A DNA stretch of 64,000 bases from Mobula hypostoma (Eukaryota). Positions 23,763 to 36,375 of the stretch are shown here, in pieces. The notes under the pieces were generated by a model that did not search any database, was not told where the DNA came from, and saw only the letters and a program-made list of their open reading frames with translations. Location: contig NC_086108.1 of the NCBI RefSeq assembly GCF_963921235.1, positions 8,246,001 through 8,310,000 of the forward strand, given 5' to 3'. A program made the translations under genes and the position numbers. Each line of letters begins with the position of its first letter. Positions within the stretch are counted from its first letter, which is position 1.

Positions 23763-25649
23763 CCATCTCACCCACACATTGGGGGACAATTTGCCAACGA
23801 GCCCCACACATCCTTGGAATACGGGCAGGAAACACCGATGTCACAGAAAGACCAAGCAAGCTCCACACAGCCGGCATCCGTGCTATCCGGCTGAACGAGA
23901 GAGCCAGGATGAGGGGCTGGACTGTCTATTCTTCTTAGACACCATCTGCCCGTGACCTCAGAATAAATTTCCCAACAAGTTAAAATCCCAGAGTTCAGCG
24001 GCTTAAGAACTTGGCAGCTCTCACGTCAGCATGCCTAGAAATCACCCCAGCCTCAACCCAAAAGAAAAATCGAGCCTCTGAAGCTTGGATGTGGAGTTCT
24101 GTTGGAAAATTCTCAATGTAAACAGGAAGGAATCAGCTCAGATCCAGATGGTTGATGTAAAGAAACGAGTGGCAACGGAGAGGGCAGTCAAAGCTGACAC
24201 CTCACCTACTTAGACAGAGGGGGCGGGGATACAAGGCCTCTCTGTCCTCCAGAAGTGTTGCTCAGTCCCCCTCTCTGAAACACTGGAAGGTCGAAGCCTT
24301 TTAAAAATGACCCCATAAACACTCATTACAGTATATTTTTCTCTTTTTGCACTACTTAAATAATTTAGTTTTAATACAAGAGTTCCAGAGACGGGGGTGA
24401 CGCAGGTGCAGACACACTCAGCCCTGAGACACCAGGCAAGGTCATCTGATTCCAAACAATTGGTTTATTGATCATTGCAGAATGTCTCTCTGGTGCTTCC
24501 TGCTCCCTCCCCTCTCCCTTCCCCTTTTCCCAACCATGATTCCCCTCTCCATGTCCCCTTCCCACTCTTAGTCCACGATGGAGACCCATATCAGAATCAG
24601 GTTTATCATCACTCACAGAAGACATGAAATCTGTTTTTTTTTCCGTGGCGGTACAGTGCAATACATCACACTACTAAAGTACTGTGCTGTATAGATGTGC
24701 CTATGACATTTGCAGTCTTGTATATATTTCCTACTGCAGGTTTTAGTTTTTATTATTATTATATACCGCAATGTAACGCTGCCACAAAACAACAAGTTTC
24801 ACGGCGTACGCCTGTGATATTAAACCCGATTCTGAACTTGCAGACATCTGTAGCCTACAAAGTCTCGGCAGATTCTGCTGTGAAAACAATTTGGAGCTGG
24901 CTGTGTTCAGGAGGGGTGAGGGCTACTGACAGGGGGAGGGATACTGCTGGCTCTCCCTGGGCCAACATGATTCTGTGCCGAGTGGTATCATGGGGTCTAA
25001 TCAAGGGGGGGGTTGAGGCCCTTCCCGCAGGCCTGACCCTCAGCACTTGCAGCTGGGACCGAGCCGTCGGAGGAAGCGGTGAGGGCCATATGTTAACAAC
25101 ATTGGAGAACAGAGATGAGGAGGAATTTGCTTAACCAGAGTGGCATGAATTTATGGAATTCATTGCTACAGACAGCTGTGGAGGCCAAGTCATTGGGTAT
25201 ATTTATAGCAGAGATTAATAGGTTCCTGATTAGTCAGGGTGTCAAAGATTACGGATGGAAGGCAGGAGAATGGGGTTGAGAGAGATAATAAATCAGCCAT
25301 GATGGAATGCCAGAGCAGACTCAATGGGCCAAATGGCCAAATTCTGCTCCGATGTCTTACGGTCTCATTTTGATGCTGAGGCATCTGAAGTGCTATTTTT
25401 CGAGTGAGATGTGAAGTTTGTCAATGACTCGATGGGCTGAATGGCCTAATTTTGCTATGTCTTAAGGTCTTATTTAAAGGGCACTTGGACAGGTGTGTGG
25501 ATAGGAAAGGGTTATGGGGTCAGGGGACAAATGCAGGCAAATGGGACTGTCCTCCGTGGGCATCTGGTTAGCATGTACCAGATTCGACAAACGGCCTTTC
25601 TCCATGCTGTGTGACTCTAACGTACAAGGGAAGCAAGGAAGTGTAGTGG

Positions 25650-26180
25650 GCAGTGGTCTCTTTGCTGAGCACCTTCACTCTGTTCCACTCCAAAAGGCAG
25701 GACTTCCCGGTGACCACCCATTTCAGATCGACTTCACAGTCCCATTCCAACATGTCTGTCCATGGCCTCCTCTTCTGCCACGATAAGGTCAAGTTGGAGA
25801 AGCAATGTCTCATATTCCATCTGGATACCCTCCAACCTGATGGCATGAACATGCAATTTCTAGCATGTTCTCACCCTCCTAATTTCTCCCTGTTTGCATT
25901 CCCCACTCTAACTCCCCTTCTCATTACCTTCCCCTGGTTCCCCTCCTCCTTCCTTTTCTCCCATGGTCCACTCTCCTCTCCAATAAGCTTCCTCTTCCTC
26001 CAGCCCTTTACCTCTTCCACCTCTACCTCCCAGTTTCTCCGATCATTCCCCTAAACGACTCACCCACCTCCCCCACCTTCTTAGTCTGGCTTTCCCAAGA
26101 AAAGGTCTCAGCCTAAAACACCAACTATATAGACGCTGCCTGACTTGCTGAGTTCCTCCAGCATTTTGTGTGTGTTGCAT
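25650..26180 (+). mobile_element. Penelope 3' fragment
   Basis: FAEHLHSV...HGLLFCHDKVKLEKQCLIFHLDTLQPDGMN. Confidence 0.75.
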
Positions 26181-26227
26181 AGATGGCTTTTGAGCTAGGT
26201 ACAGTTCAAATGCCCATATAGAAATTT

Positions 26228-26870
26228 GCACTCAATGTCAGTAAGCCCAAAGAACTGACTGTGGGCTTCAGAAAGGGTGAGATGAGGGAACACACACCAG
26301 TCCTCATAGAGAGGTCAGAATTGGAAAAGGTGAGCAGTTTCAAGTTCCTGGGTGTTAACAACTCTGAGGATCTAACCTGGACCCAACATAGCAAAGCAAT
26401 TACAAGACAGTGGCTATATTCCATGAGGAGTTTGAGGAGACTCGATATGTCACTAAACACACTCGCAAACTTCTACATATGTACCATAGAGAGCATCCTA
26501 ACTGGCTGCATCACCGTCTGGTATGTAGTGGCCACTGTACAGGATTGAAATAAGCTACATAAAGTTGTAGTCAGTCAGCTCCATCATGGGCACCAGCCTC
26601 CCCAGCATCCAGGGCACCTTCAAAAGGCAATGCCTCAAAAAGGTGGCTTCCATCATTCAGGACCCCCATCACCCAGGACAAGCCCTCTTCTCATTGCTGC
26701 CATCAGGAAGGAGGCACAGAAGCCTAAAGATACACAATGATTCAGGAACAGCTTCTTCCCCTCTGCCATCAGATTTCTGAATGGACAATGAACCCATGAA
26801 CACTACCCCTCTCCTTTTTTTTCCCCCTCTTTTTGCACTACTTGTTTAATTTAACTATTTAATGTACATA
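26228..26870 (+). mobile_element. Rex1/Babar LINE 3' fragment
   Basis: EKVSSFKFLGVNNSEDLTW...LANFYICTIESILTGCITVWY. Confidence 0.85.
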
Positions 26871-27499
26871 TAGAGGAGATAGCAGAGCATAGGAGATTGG
26901 GGTATGAAACTTTAGATGTGTGTAAAATCATGCAGGCATAGATAAGGAGAATGCACAGCCCTTATTAGGGTTAGAGAATCAAGTTCTAAGGTTTAATGTG
27001 AGAGAGGAGAGATTTAATAATAACCTGTGGGGATACTTTCACCCAGAGAGTGGTCAGTGAAGGAATGAACTGTTGGAAGAAGTATTTGAGGCAGGTACAT
27101 TAACAATATTTGAATGACACTCGTACAGGTACACGAGTAGGAAAGGTTTAAAGGGACCACAGACATAGGGGTGGAATTCGTCCATTCGGCAAATTGATAC
27201 TGCAACATTATTCAATCATGGCTGATTTACTTTCCCCCTCAACTCAATTCCAGTTATTTTTTTAATATATTGGAAGGTACTGCTGTCACAAAACAACGAA
27301 ATTCACAGCATATGCTACTGCCATTAAACCCAGTTCAGAGTCTGACACTTGCAGGCTGCTCAGCAGAACCCGCGTTGATTTGATTTGACACATCTCACTG
27401 TATGTCTTTGATGTACATCTGACAAATAAATCTAATCTTCTTCATCCCTGCTTGCTGACACAAGGAATGGCAGATACTGGAATCCGAATCAACAAAGTC

Positions 27500-28665
27500 C
27501 ACATCCACCCTAAAGTTTACTTGGTCCAATTCTCACACCTGCCTCCCCTTTCTCGATCTCTCTTTGTCTCCATCTCTGGAGACAAACTCTCTACCGACAT
27601 CTTTCAGAAACCATTCTGTCTCCTGTAAAAGTGCTATTCCCTTTTCTCAGTTCCTTCATCTCCACATATCTATTCCCAGGATGAGGCTTTCCTTTCCAGG
27701 ACAGAGATATCCTCCTCCTTCAAAGAACTGGGTTTCCCTTCCTCCAAGACTGATGCTGACCTCACCAGCCTCCATTTCCCGAGCTTCCGGCTCACCCCAT
27801 CTTCCCAATGCCTTAACAGTGATAGGGTTCCTTGTGTCCTTACCTACCACCCCGTGAATCTCCACATCCAACACATCATCCTCCACAACTTCCACAATCT
27901 CCAAAGGGACCCACCACTCCACGTGCCCCTCCACTTTCTGCAGCGATTGTTGCCCCTGCGATTCCATTGTCCCTCCCCACTAATCTCTCACCCGGCACTT
28001 ACCCCTGCAGACGGCCGAAGAGCCACACCTGCCCATTCACCTCCTCCCTCACCTCCATTCAGGCCCTTCCAGGTGAGACAACACTTCACCTGTGAACTTG
28101 CTTGTGTTGTCTATTGTGTCCGGCGCTCCCAATGCAGCCTCCTCTACATTGGCGAGGCCCGTCGTAAATCGAGAGACTGCTTCTTTGAGCACCTCTGCAC
28201 TATCTGCCACAAGCAGGACTGTCCAGTGGCCAAACATTTTAATTCCAATTCCCATTATGGAGTGCTAGCCCATGGACTCCTCTTGTGCCCAGAGAAGGCC
28301 ACCATCAGGATGGAGGAGTGACACCTTATATTCCATCTGGGTAGCCTCCAACCTGATGGCATGAATATCGATTTCTCCTTCCAGTAAACAAATTCCCCCC
28401 CCCCACAGTTATTCCCCACTCTAACCATTTACTTTTTCTCACCTGCCTATTATTTCCCACTGTGCTCCTCCTCTTTTCCTTTCTCCGATGGCCCATTTTT
28501 AGCTCCTATCAGATTCCTTCTTCTCCAGACCTCTACCTCTCCCACCCTCTTGACTTCACCTATCACCTTCTAGCTATCCTCCTTCCCCTCCCTTACCTTT
28601 ACATTCTGGCATCTTCCCCCTTCCTTTCCAGTCCTAAAGGAGGGTTTTGGCCCAAAATATCAAGT
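27500..28665 (+). mobile_element. Penelope (Neptune-like) RT thumb, GIY-YIG and pseudo-LTR fragment
   Basis: CKSAIPFSQFL; PFQVRQHFTCELACVVYCVRRSQCSLLYIGEARRK...FEHL. Confidence 0.85.
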
Positions 28666-29269
28666 ATTTATTTGTAGACAGAGACAGAGAGTGTGTCTGT
28701 GTGGCATTCTGGACCTCAGTGGGTCTGGAGGGAAATGAACAGTCAACATTTAGGTCACTACCCTGAAGTCTATCCAAGTCCAGACAAAAGGGCTCATTCT
28801 GAAATGTCAACTGTCCACTTTCTTCCAAAGATGCTGCCTAACCCAAACCCCAACAAGCTTGGTCCCAGCCTTCTCATTCCATCCTCCTAAGACCACCTTC
28901 AGTGCAGGAATCAAACTCAGGGGTCTGTCTCCACTGGCAACACATTCCCCCTCCAGTAAGCTGATCGAAGTTGTAGTTCAGTGCCCGTCTCACCAGTGCC
29001 CTGTGGGGAGACTTCTCTATGTTACAACATCCATTCCCAGCCTACTTGTGATCCCTGCAGATCATCGTTCATCCCTTTGTGAGACACGGGTGTGGTATCC
29101 CAATTTCCCTGGGATCAATAAAGTATGTCTATCTATCTATGCCACCCCCTTCAACCAGCAAATTTGTTTATTTAGAGCAAGGTTTCCCAATTTGGGGTAC
29201 ATGGACCCCTCGGTTAACAGTAAAGGAACTGCCAATTTAGAGTTACAGTAACGTTATAAGCCTTTAAGA

Positions 29270-29475
29270 CTCAACAAACCAACGCTCCCCCATCACACCC
29301 ACGTGACCAATTAACCTACTAACCCGTACATCTTTGGACTGTGGGAGGGAACCGGAGCACCCGGAGGAAATAGACGCGGTCATGGGCAGAAGGTACAAAC
29401 TCCTAACAGGCAGCAGCGTGTTGCCGGTACTGTAAAGCATTGCACAAGCCACTGTGTTACCGTGCCTTCCCCATG
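29270..29475 (-). mobile_element. SINE (HE1/V-SINE-like)
   Basis: CCAATTAACCTACTAACCCGTACATCTTTGGACTGTGGGAGG body shared with other SINE copies. Confidence 0.7.
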
Positions 29476-29678
29476 CTGGGCTATTTCAGAGTGAACACTA
29501 AGTCTACAGTAGGGATTCCCAACCTGGGCTCTGCAGATCCCTTGATTAATGGGAAAGGGTCCAAGGTCATGTGTAGATCAAACCAGATATGGACAGCAGA
29601 CCTCATTACACAGAGGATCTTCATCATCTACTCCACCTTGTCATGGCCTTGCGATTTATCTCTAACTTTGATAAGATA

Positions 29679-30895
29679 CATCATCATGTGCTGTGCCCAG
29701 TTTGAGCTTTGACTGCCATGGCCCACACACTCCTGTTTCGGGTCAAGTGGATCAATTCATTGGTACTCATTTCCAGTTCTCTGGCTGCTGTCTCCATCAT
29801 TTGTCTTTGTCTTCCTCTTGTTTTCTTCCCTTCAATCTTTCCCATAATTACTGTGCATTCTAACTCCTCTTTCCTAATCACATGTCCAATGAAGTTACGT
29901 TGCCTTTTCATGATCTCATACATTATTTCTCTTTTTGTGTTTGCTCTGTTCATGACATCCTCATTAGATATTTGTTTCATCCACGATATTCTTTGCATCC
30001 TCCTCAAAAACCACATCTCTGCTGCTACAATTTGTTTCCGCATGTTACTAGATATTGTCCAACATTCTGATCCATATAACATAACTGGATAAACGTAACA
30101 TTTCAGTACTCTGAGGCAGGTTGTCATGCCTAGTTCAGTGTTGGTCAGTATACTCTTCATTCTCGTAAAGGTGTCTTTTGCAATCCCTATTCTTCTTTTG
30201 ATGTCCATGTCGCACCTGCCATCTGATGTCACCTAGCTTCCTAAGTAGCAAAAGTTCTTTACTTGTTTTATGTCTTCCCCATTTATTCTCACCCTGCAGA
30301 TAGGATTCTCCTTCTTTTTGGATATCATCATACATGCTGTCTTTTTGAAATTGATAGATAGACCCATTTTTGCACTTTCTTCAACAATTATATCAATTAA
30401 GTTTTGTAGTTCCTCCTCCGTACTTGCAATTAACCGTGTCATACGCATATCTGAAATTATTGTTTTCACCACCAACTTAGATTCGCAAGATGTCTCTTAT
30501 TTTTTGTAATATTGTTTCACTGTACACGTTAAATGAATCAGGGGAGAAAACACACCCTTATCTAACACCTCTCTTGACATTTATGAGACTGGAATAATAC
30601 TTCCAGAAGAGATGAAAAAAATCAGTATTTATCACCCTTCCCAAGAAACCTGGAGTAATAGGATGTGAATTACGTAGGACCATAAGTTTAATGAGTCATA
30701 TCACTAAGCTACTTCTAAGAATTTTGATAACAAGAGATAAAAGTAAGATACAAGCTGAAATAGGTAAAGAACAATGTGGTTTTGTGAAAGACAAAGGTAC
30801 AAGAAATGCGATATTGATGTTAAGGATACTATCAGAACGAGCTATTCAAGTGCAAAAGAATTGTTTGTTTTATCGACTACACAAAAGCATTTGGT
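29679..30895 (-). mobile_element. RTE-clade LINE with inverted 5' segment
   Basis: Minus strand 30577-29679: KRGVR*GCVFSP...SDGRCDMDIKRRIGIAKDTF...VMLYGSECWT and (ATG)3 tail. Plus strand 30575-30895: DIYETG...RTISLMSHITK...GKEQCGF...DYTKAF. Confidence 0.9.
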
Positions 30896-31329
30896 AATAT
30901 ATGTACTTTGAACTTTAGAATAAAATGGGATTAGAGCAGGATGTGTGTAAATGGGTGGTCAGGACAAAGTCAATGGGCCGAAGGGCCTGGTTCAGGGCGT
31001 AGCTCAATGACACCATGACTCTAAATTGGGTCAAAGGTCAGAAATTTCAACTAAATTTGTAGACAATGCATTCTGTCTACAAGTTTGTCAACATTACGTC
31101 AGCACACGCGGTTTGGGTTGTACATTGCTCCAATTAGCAAGTTTTGGATGTGAAAGGGCCAGGAATTTGTCAGAGGGTTTATGTGCCACATTACAACTGA
31201 AGACTGTTTCAACTCTCAAGGAAAGGGTTGAATTTAGACTTGTACTAATACATGCAATGATTGAGAAAGATCCAGTCTAAGTCATTCAGACAAAAGATAA
31301 AATATGCCTGTGAAGATCAGGAGAAAATA

Positions 31330-32125
31330 TCACCGCTGTCATTGGCCAAATGAAAGGTGGTGATGAATCAGCATACAGGAGGGAGATTGAAAATCTGACC
31401 GAGTAGTGTCATAACAACAACCTCTCACACAATGTCAGCAAAACCAAGGAGCTGATTATTGACTTCAGGACAAGGAAATTCATGAGCCAGTCCTCATCGG
31501 AGGATGAGAAGTGGAGAGGGTCAGCAACTTTAAATTCCTCAGCGTTAGTATTTCAAAGGGCCTCTCCTGCTCCCAGCATGCAATTACCAACAAAGCATGG
31601 CAGCGCCTCTACTTCCTCAGGAGCTTAAGATTCGGCATGACACCTAAAACTTTGACAACCTTCTATAGATGTGTAGTGGACAGTATACTGACTGGCTGCA
31701 TCACAACCTGGTATCAAAACACCAATGCCCTTGAATGGAAAATCCTACAAAAAGAAGTGGATTCAACCCAGTCCATCATGGGTAAAGCCCTCCTCACCAT
31801 TGAGTACATCTACACGGAGAGCTGTCGCAGGAAAGCAGCATCCATCATCAGGGACCCCCACCGTCCAGGCCACTGATGCCATCAGGAAGGTACAGGAGCC
31901 TCAGGACTCACACCACCAGGTTCAGGAACGTCAGACTCTCGAACCAGAAGATAACTTCACTCAACTTCACTTGCCCCATCATTGAAATGTTCCCACAACC
32001 TATTGACTCATTTTCAAGGACTCTTCATCTCATGTTCTTGATATTTATTCCTTACTTATTTCTTCTTGTATTTGCAGAATTTGTCATCTTCTACACTCAG
32101 GTTGGTGCAATCTTTCATTGAGTCT
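31330..32125 (+). mobile_element. Rex1/Babar LINE 3' fragment; its tail resumes at ~32685 after the Hero-like insertion
   Basis: ERVSNFKFL...RLYFLRSLRFGMTPKTLTTFYRCVVDSILTGCITTWY. Confidence 0.85.
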
Positions 32126-32684
32126 ATAGTCCCCTGGGAAGACAACATCGATGAAGCCCATGGGTGCAAGTTAACCAAGTATGCAGAATTAAGATCAGAG
32201 TGCAGAGACAGAGGGTGGAAGGTCTCATGCTATCCATTCGAAGTAGGTTGCCGTGGGTTTATTGTATTCACTTTCCAGAAGTGGCTGCGTGACCTTGGCT
32301 TCACTAGAAGAGAGATCAAGTCAACCAGCAGGGCTGTAGCTGAGGCAGCAGAGAAAGGATCAGCATGGGTGTGGACCAAGTACGTCCAGAGGGGCAGATT
32401 GTTAGACAGTGTATCTATCTTTTGCAAACCCTTCAGTAGTTGCATAGACACCTGAAGAGCAGACTATCTGTTGGATGGAAGTGACCAACAACTCTGATAG
32501 AGGCAGATGCCAAGTTTTTAAGCTCACCAGTGGGAGGTGGTGCTTTAGCACTGCTGGCCCACCATCTCGAGGGAGTCTTGATCATAAGCGGGCCGAAACT
32601 CCTGAAGACAGGTGGCAGATCAACTGATGATCCCACTGGTGATAGCACAGGACAGTTAACATCTTAGTCCATGTGTATTTTTAA
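32126..32684 (+). mobile_element. 5'-truncated R2-group (Hero-like) non-LTR retrotransposon: restriction-like endonuclease C-terminus plus 3' UTR
   Basis: VPWEDNIDEAHGCKLTKYAELRSECRDRGWKVSCYPFEVGCRGF...AVAEAAEKGSAWVW matches the VPWE..K..KY..L....GW....P.EVGCRGF pattern I recall for Hero endonucleases. Confidence 0.8.
32524..32642 (+). ncRNA. Candidate non-circularly permuted hammerhead ribozyme
   Basis: Stem III GGGAGT(32571-76)/ACTCCT(32598-603); C17 at 32577; stem I TTGATC(32578-83)/GATCAA(32618-23); GAA 32595-97; CTGATGA 32624-30; plus four flanking helices. Confidence 0.7.
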
Positions 32685-32899
32685 TTCTGGTTATTATTCT
32701 ATAAATGTATTGACTATGCCCACAACAAAATAAACCTCAGGGTTGTATATGGTGACATATACAGTACGCACTTTGATAATAAATTTCCTTTGAACTTTGA
32801 GCTCTGGTGTTAAAGGAAGTTAGAATTTCCTTCCTCACCAACGGAGGGGCGGTGGTGCTGGGGAAATTCTGAAACCCTTTCCTCATTCCTCCCCCCCCC

Positions 32900-33175
32900 G
32901 CAAATGTTTCTACGGAAGTGGTTTGCCATTGCCACCTTCTGGGCAGTGTCTTTACAAGATGGGTGCTGCTTGACTTCTGTGGTCACACAACCAGGACTTG
33001 TGATATGCACCAGCCGCTCCCGTGGCTCCACGTGATGCTGATCCCGGGGTCGGGGGGGGGGACAGGGCGGGCTAAGCAGCTGTAACGCCTTGCCCAAGGG
33101 CGACCTGTAGACTAGCGGAGGTAAGGAGTGCCTGATACCTCCTTGGGTAGAGGGGCATCTCCACTCGGCTACCCA
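32900..33175 (-). mobile_element. SINE-like element with RTE-type 3' part
   Basis: Homologous to 2120-2495. Confidence 0.65.
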
Positions 33176-34231
33176 GGGTGAATAGTACTCCTCAAAAATT
33201 CAATCGTTCAATGGTTCCATTTAATATCAGAGAACATATACAATATACAACCTGAAATTCTTGTTCTTCGCAGATATCCACAAAAACAGAAGAGCGCCCC
33301 AAAGAATGAGCGATAGTAGAAACACGAGAACTCCAAAGCCCCCTTCTCCCCCCCCACCACCCAAGCAATAGCAAAGCCCCCAAGAGAGCCCATGATCTGC
33401 AGTACAATAAAAACTCATTGTTCACTCGACAATTCCACATACCACAGGCTCCCTCTCTCCCTAAGAAAGGGGCAGAGAGGTGTCACACAGCCGAGGGAAG
33501 GTTAACAAGACAATGCAATTCTCTCAGAAAGAACATTTTTGGGGCACCGAGGTGTACCAAATTACAAAAAGAATTCTTCACGCAACTCTGCCATTCCCTG
33601 CTTAGATCAGTGTCTCCATCGTCGGATCAAGGCAACAAGAGCCAAAGAAATCTTCCCCAGATTGCAAAGAGAAAACAAGCAGCTGGAATGCTGGAGTCTA
33701 TCCGATCTCTAATCCACTCCTTGCTGCTTTGCAGTAAAAATTCTTTCCACTTCCGATTAAAATTGCACTGAAACCCACAACCAAGTTCACTGGGAGGCAG
33801 TGCGAACTCACAGGGGGCTGTGTGGATTTCAATTGCCAAGAGGTGATTGGTTACCAGATAACTCCTGTCAACTGCAGTTAACAGCAAGATTTATTAGGAA
33901 CAATATGTAACTGGTAAATTGCGGTAGGAATTCATCAAAATAATCCCACTGAGCACCAAGGCTCGAGGCCCGGTTATTAGGAGAATTTTATTCTGATTTC
34001 CCTTTCCAAAGTCATAAGCACCTCTTTGGTAGCCTCCCGCCAGAAGGCTCCCCTCACAGAAGGTCGTGGATCACTGGACTTTGCCGCCAGTGAGGAAGGC
34101 AGGATTCAGAAATAGAATCAGGTTTATTATCACTGGCAAATGTCATCAAATTTGTTGTTCTGTGACAGCAGTACAATGCAATACGTAATAATAAAAAATG
34201 TAAATTATAGTTAAAAGTATTTTTTTTTAAT

Positions 34232-34680
34232 TGCTGGGCTGGAGTAATAAGCAAAGACTGAATAGGTTAGGACTTTATTCCTTGGAACGTAGAAGATTTA
34301 GAGAAGATTTGATAGAGGGATACAAAATTATGAGGGGTATATTTTGGGTAAATGCAAGCAGGCTTTTTCCACTGAGGTTTGGTGGTGCTACAACCAGAGG
34401 TCGCGGGTTAAATGTGAAAAGTGAAAAGCTTAAGGGGAACATGAGGGGAAACTTCTTCATTCAGAGGGCGGTGAGAGTGTGGAGTGATCTGCCAGCGGAA
34501 GTGGTGGATGCGAGCTCGATTTCAACAGGTTAGAGAAGTTTGGATTGGTACATGGATGGTAGGGGTATGGAGGGCTATGGTCCCGGTGCAGATCAAAGGG
34601 AATAGGCAGTTCAAATGGTTCAGCATGGACTGGATGGGCCAAAGGGCCTGTTTCTGTGCTGTACTTCTCTGTGACTCTCC
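34232..34680 (+). mobile_element. CR1 3' fragment
   Basis: RLNRLGLYSLERRRFREDLIEGYKIM...NMRGNFFIQRAVRVW. Confidence 0.85.
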
Positions 34681-34764
34681 AAATGAGTGGTGCAACGAAA
34701 GTAGTGAGGTAGTATTCATGGGTTCAATGTCCATTCAGAAACCAGCAGTTGGACCTTCCAGATA

Positions 34765-35112
34765 CAGGTGTATTTTTACTACAATCAATTGAAACACCTT
34801 GACTGCACACAGTGATCTCCATTTAACTAATTAAGTGTCTTCTGAAACCAATTGGCTGCACCAGTGATGATTTGGTGCGTCATATTAAGGGGGGGGGTTA
34901 ATACTTATGCAATCAATTATTTTGTGTTTTATATTTATAACTAATTTAGATCACTTTGTAAACATCTGTTTTCACCTTGACACAAAGGACTCATTTACTG
35001 TTGATCAGTGTCAGAAAAACAAATTAAATCCACTGTGATTAATGTTGTAAAACAATAAAACACGAACACTTCCAAAGGGGTGGGGGGGGGTGACTACTTT
35101 TTATGGGCACCG
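34765..35112 (+). mobile_element. Tc1-like DNA transposon right-end fragment
   Basis: Two GGGG(T)GAATACTT-like direct repeats; end ...GGGCACCG followed by TA. Confidence 0.6.
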
Positions 35113-35719
35113 TATTTCTACAGATGCACTGTGGGGAACATTTTGACTGGCTGCTTCACTGTCTGGTGTGAAGGCTCCAATGTGCACGTTGGCAAGCGGC
35201 TGCAGTCTCGGCCGGCTCCACCACAGGCACCACCCTCCGCACCATCGAGGACATCGTCTCGAGGCAGCGTCTCAAGACAGCAGCATCCATAAGCAAGGAC
35301 CCTCACTGGCTGGAAGTGCCTGCTTCTTGCTATTCCTGTCAGGAGGGAGATGCAGGAGCCAGAAGGCACACACACACACTCAATAACTCAGCAACAGCTT
35401 CTTTCCCACTCCCATCAGATTTCCAAATGGTCCGTGAGTCGATGAGCACGGCCTCGTTTTTCCTTTTGTTACACTAATTATTTGTTTTGTAATTTATAGC
35501 AATTTTAAGATCCCACAAAACAAATTTCACATTTCAAGACAGTTACAATAGACTTCAATATAATCACACCACAATCTGCTAAACTCCACAGAGTGCAGAT
35601 CCAATCCAATCTGCCTCTCACAACAGGACAATCCTCTCATTCCAGCAGTTATCCTGCTGAATCTCTTTTGGACTGGCTCCAATACCAATGTGTCCCTTCC
35701 CAAATAACAAACGTGATCA

Positions 35720-36375
35720 GGTTGATAGGGTGGTTAAGGCGGCTTATGGAATACTTGCTTTTATTAGTTGAGACACGAGTTCAAAAGTCAAGAGGTTATG
35801 TTGCAACTTTATAAAACTCTGGTTAGGCCACCTCTGGAGTCTTATAGTACAATTCTGTTGCCCCACTATAGGAAGGATGTTGAGGCTTTGGAGAGGGTGC
35901 AGGAGAGGTTCACCAGGATGCTGCCTGGTTTAGAGGGTATATGCTATCATGAGAGGCTGGATAAACTTGGGCTGTTTTCTCTGGAGAGTTGGAGGCTGAG
36001 GGGAGATCAGACAGAAGTCTACAAGATTTGGAGGCGCATAGTGAGAGTAGACAGAGAGCATCAGTTTCCCAGGGTTGAAATGTCTAATACCAGGGGGCAT
36101 GCATTGAACGTGAGGGGGGGGAGGTTCAAGGGGGATGTGAGGGGTAAGTTTTTTTTAACTCAGAGAGTGGTGGATGCCTAGGATGGTGGTAGAGGTAAAT
36201 ACATTAGAGGCTTTTAAGAGACGTTTGCATAGGCACATGGATGTAAGGAAAATGAAGGGATATAGACACAGTGTAGGTCGGAGGGATTAGTGTTTGGGTA
36301 TTTTTCATTTGCTTTTTAGCTGGTTGGGCACAACACTGTGGGCTGAATGGCCTGTTTCTGTACTGTACTGTTCTA
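35720..36375 (+). mobile_element. CR1 3' fragment
   Basis: MLQLYKTLVRPPLE...ALERVQERFTRMLPGLEG...FFLTQRVV. Confidence 0.88.
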
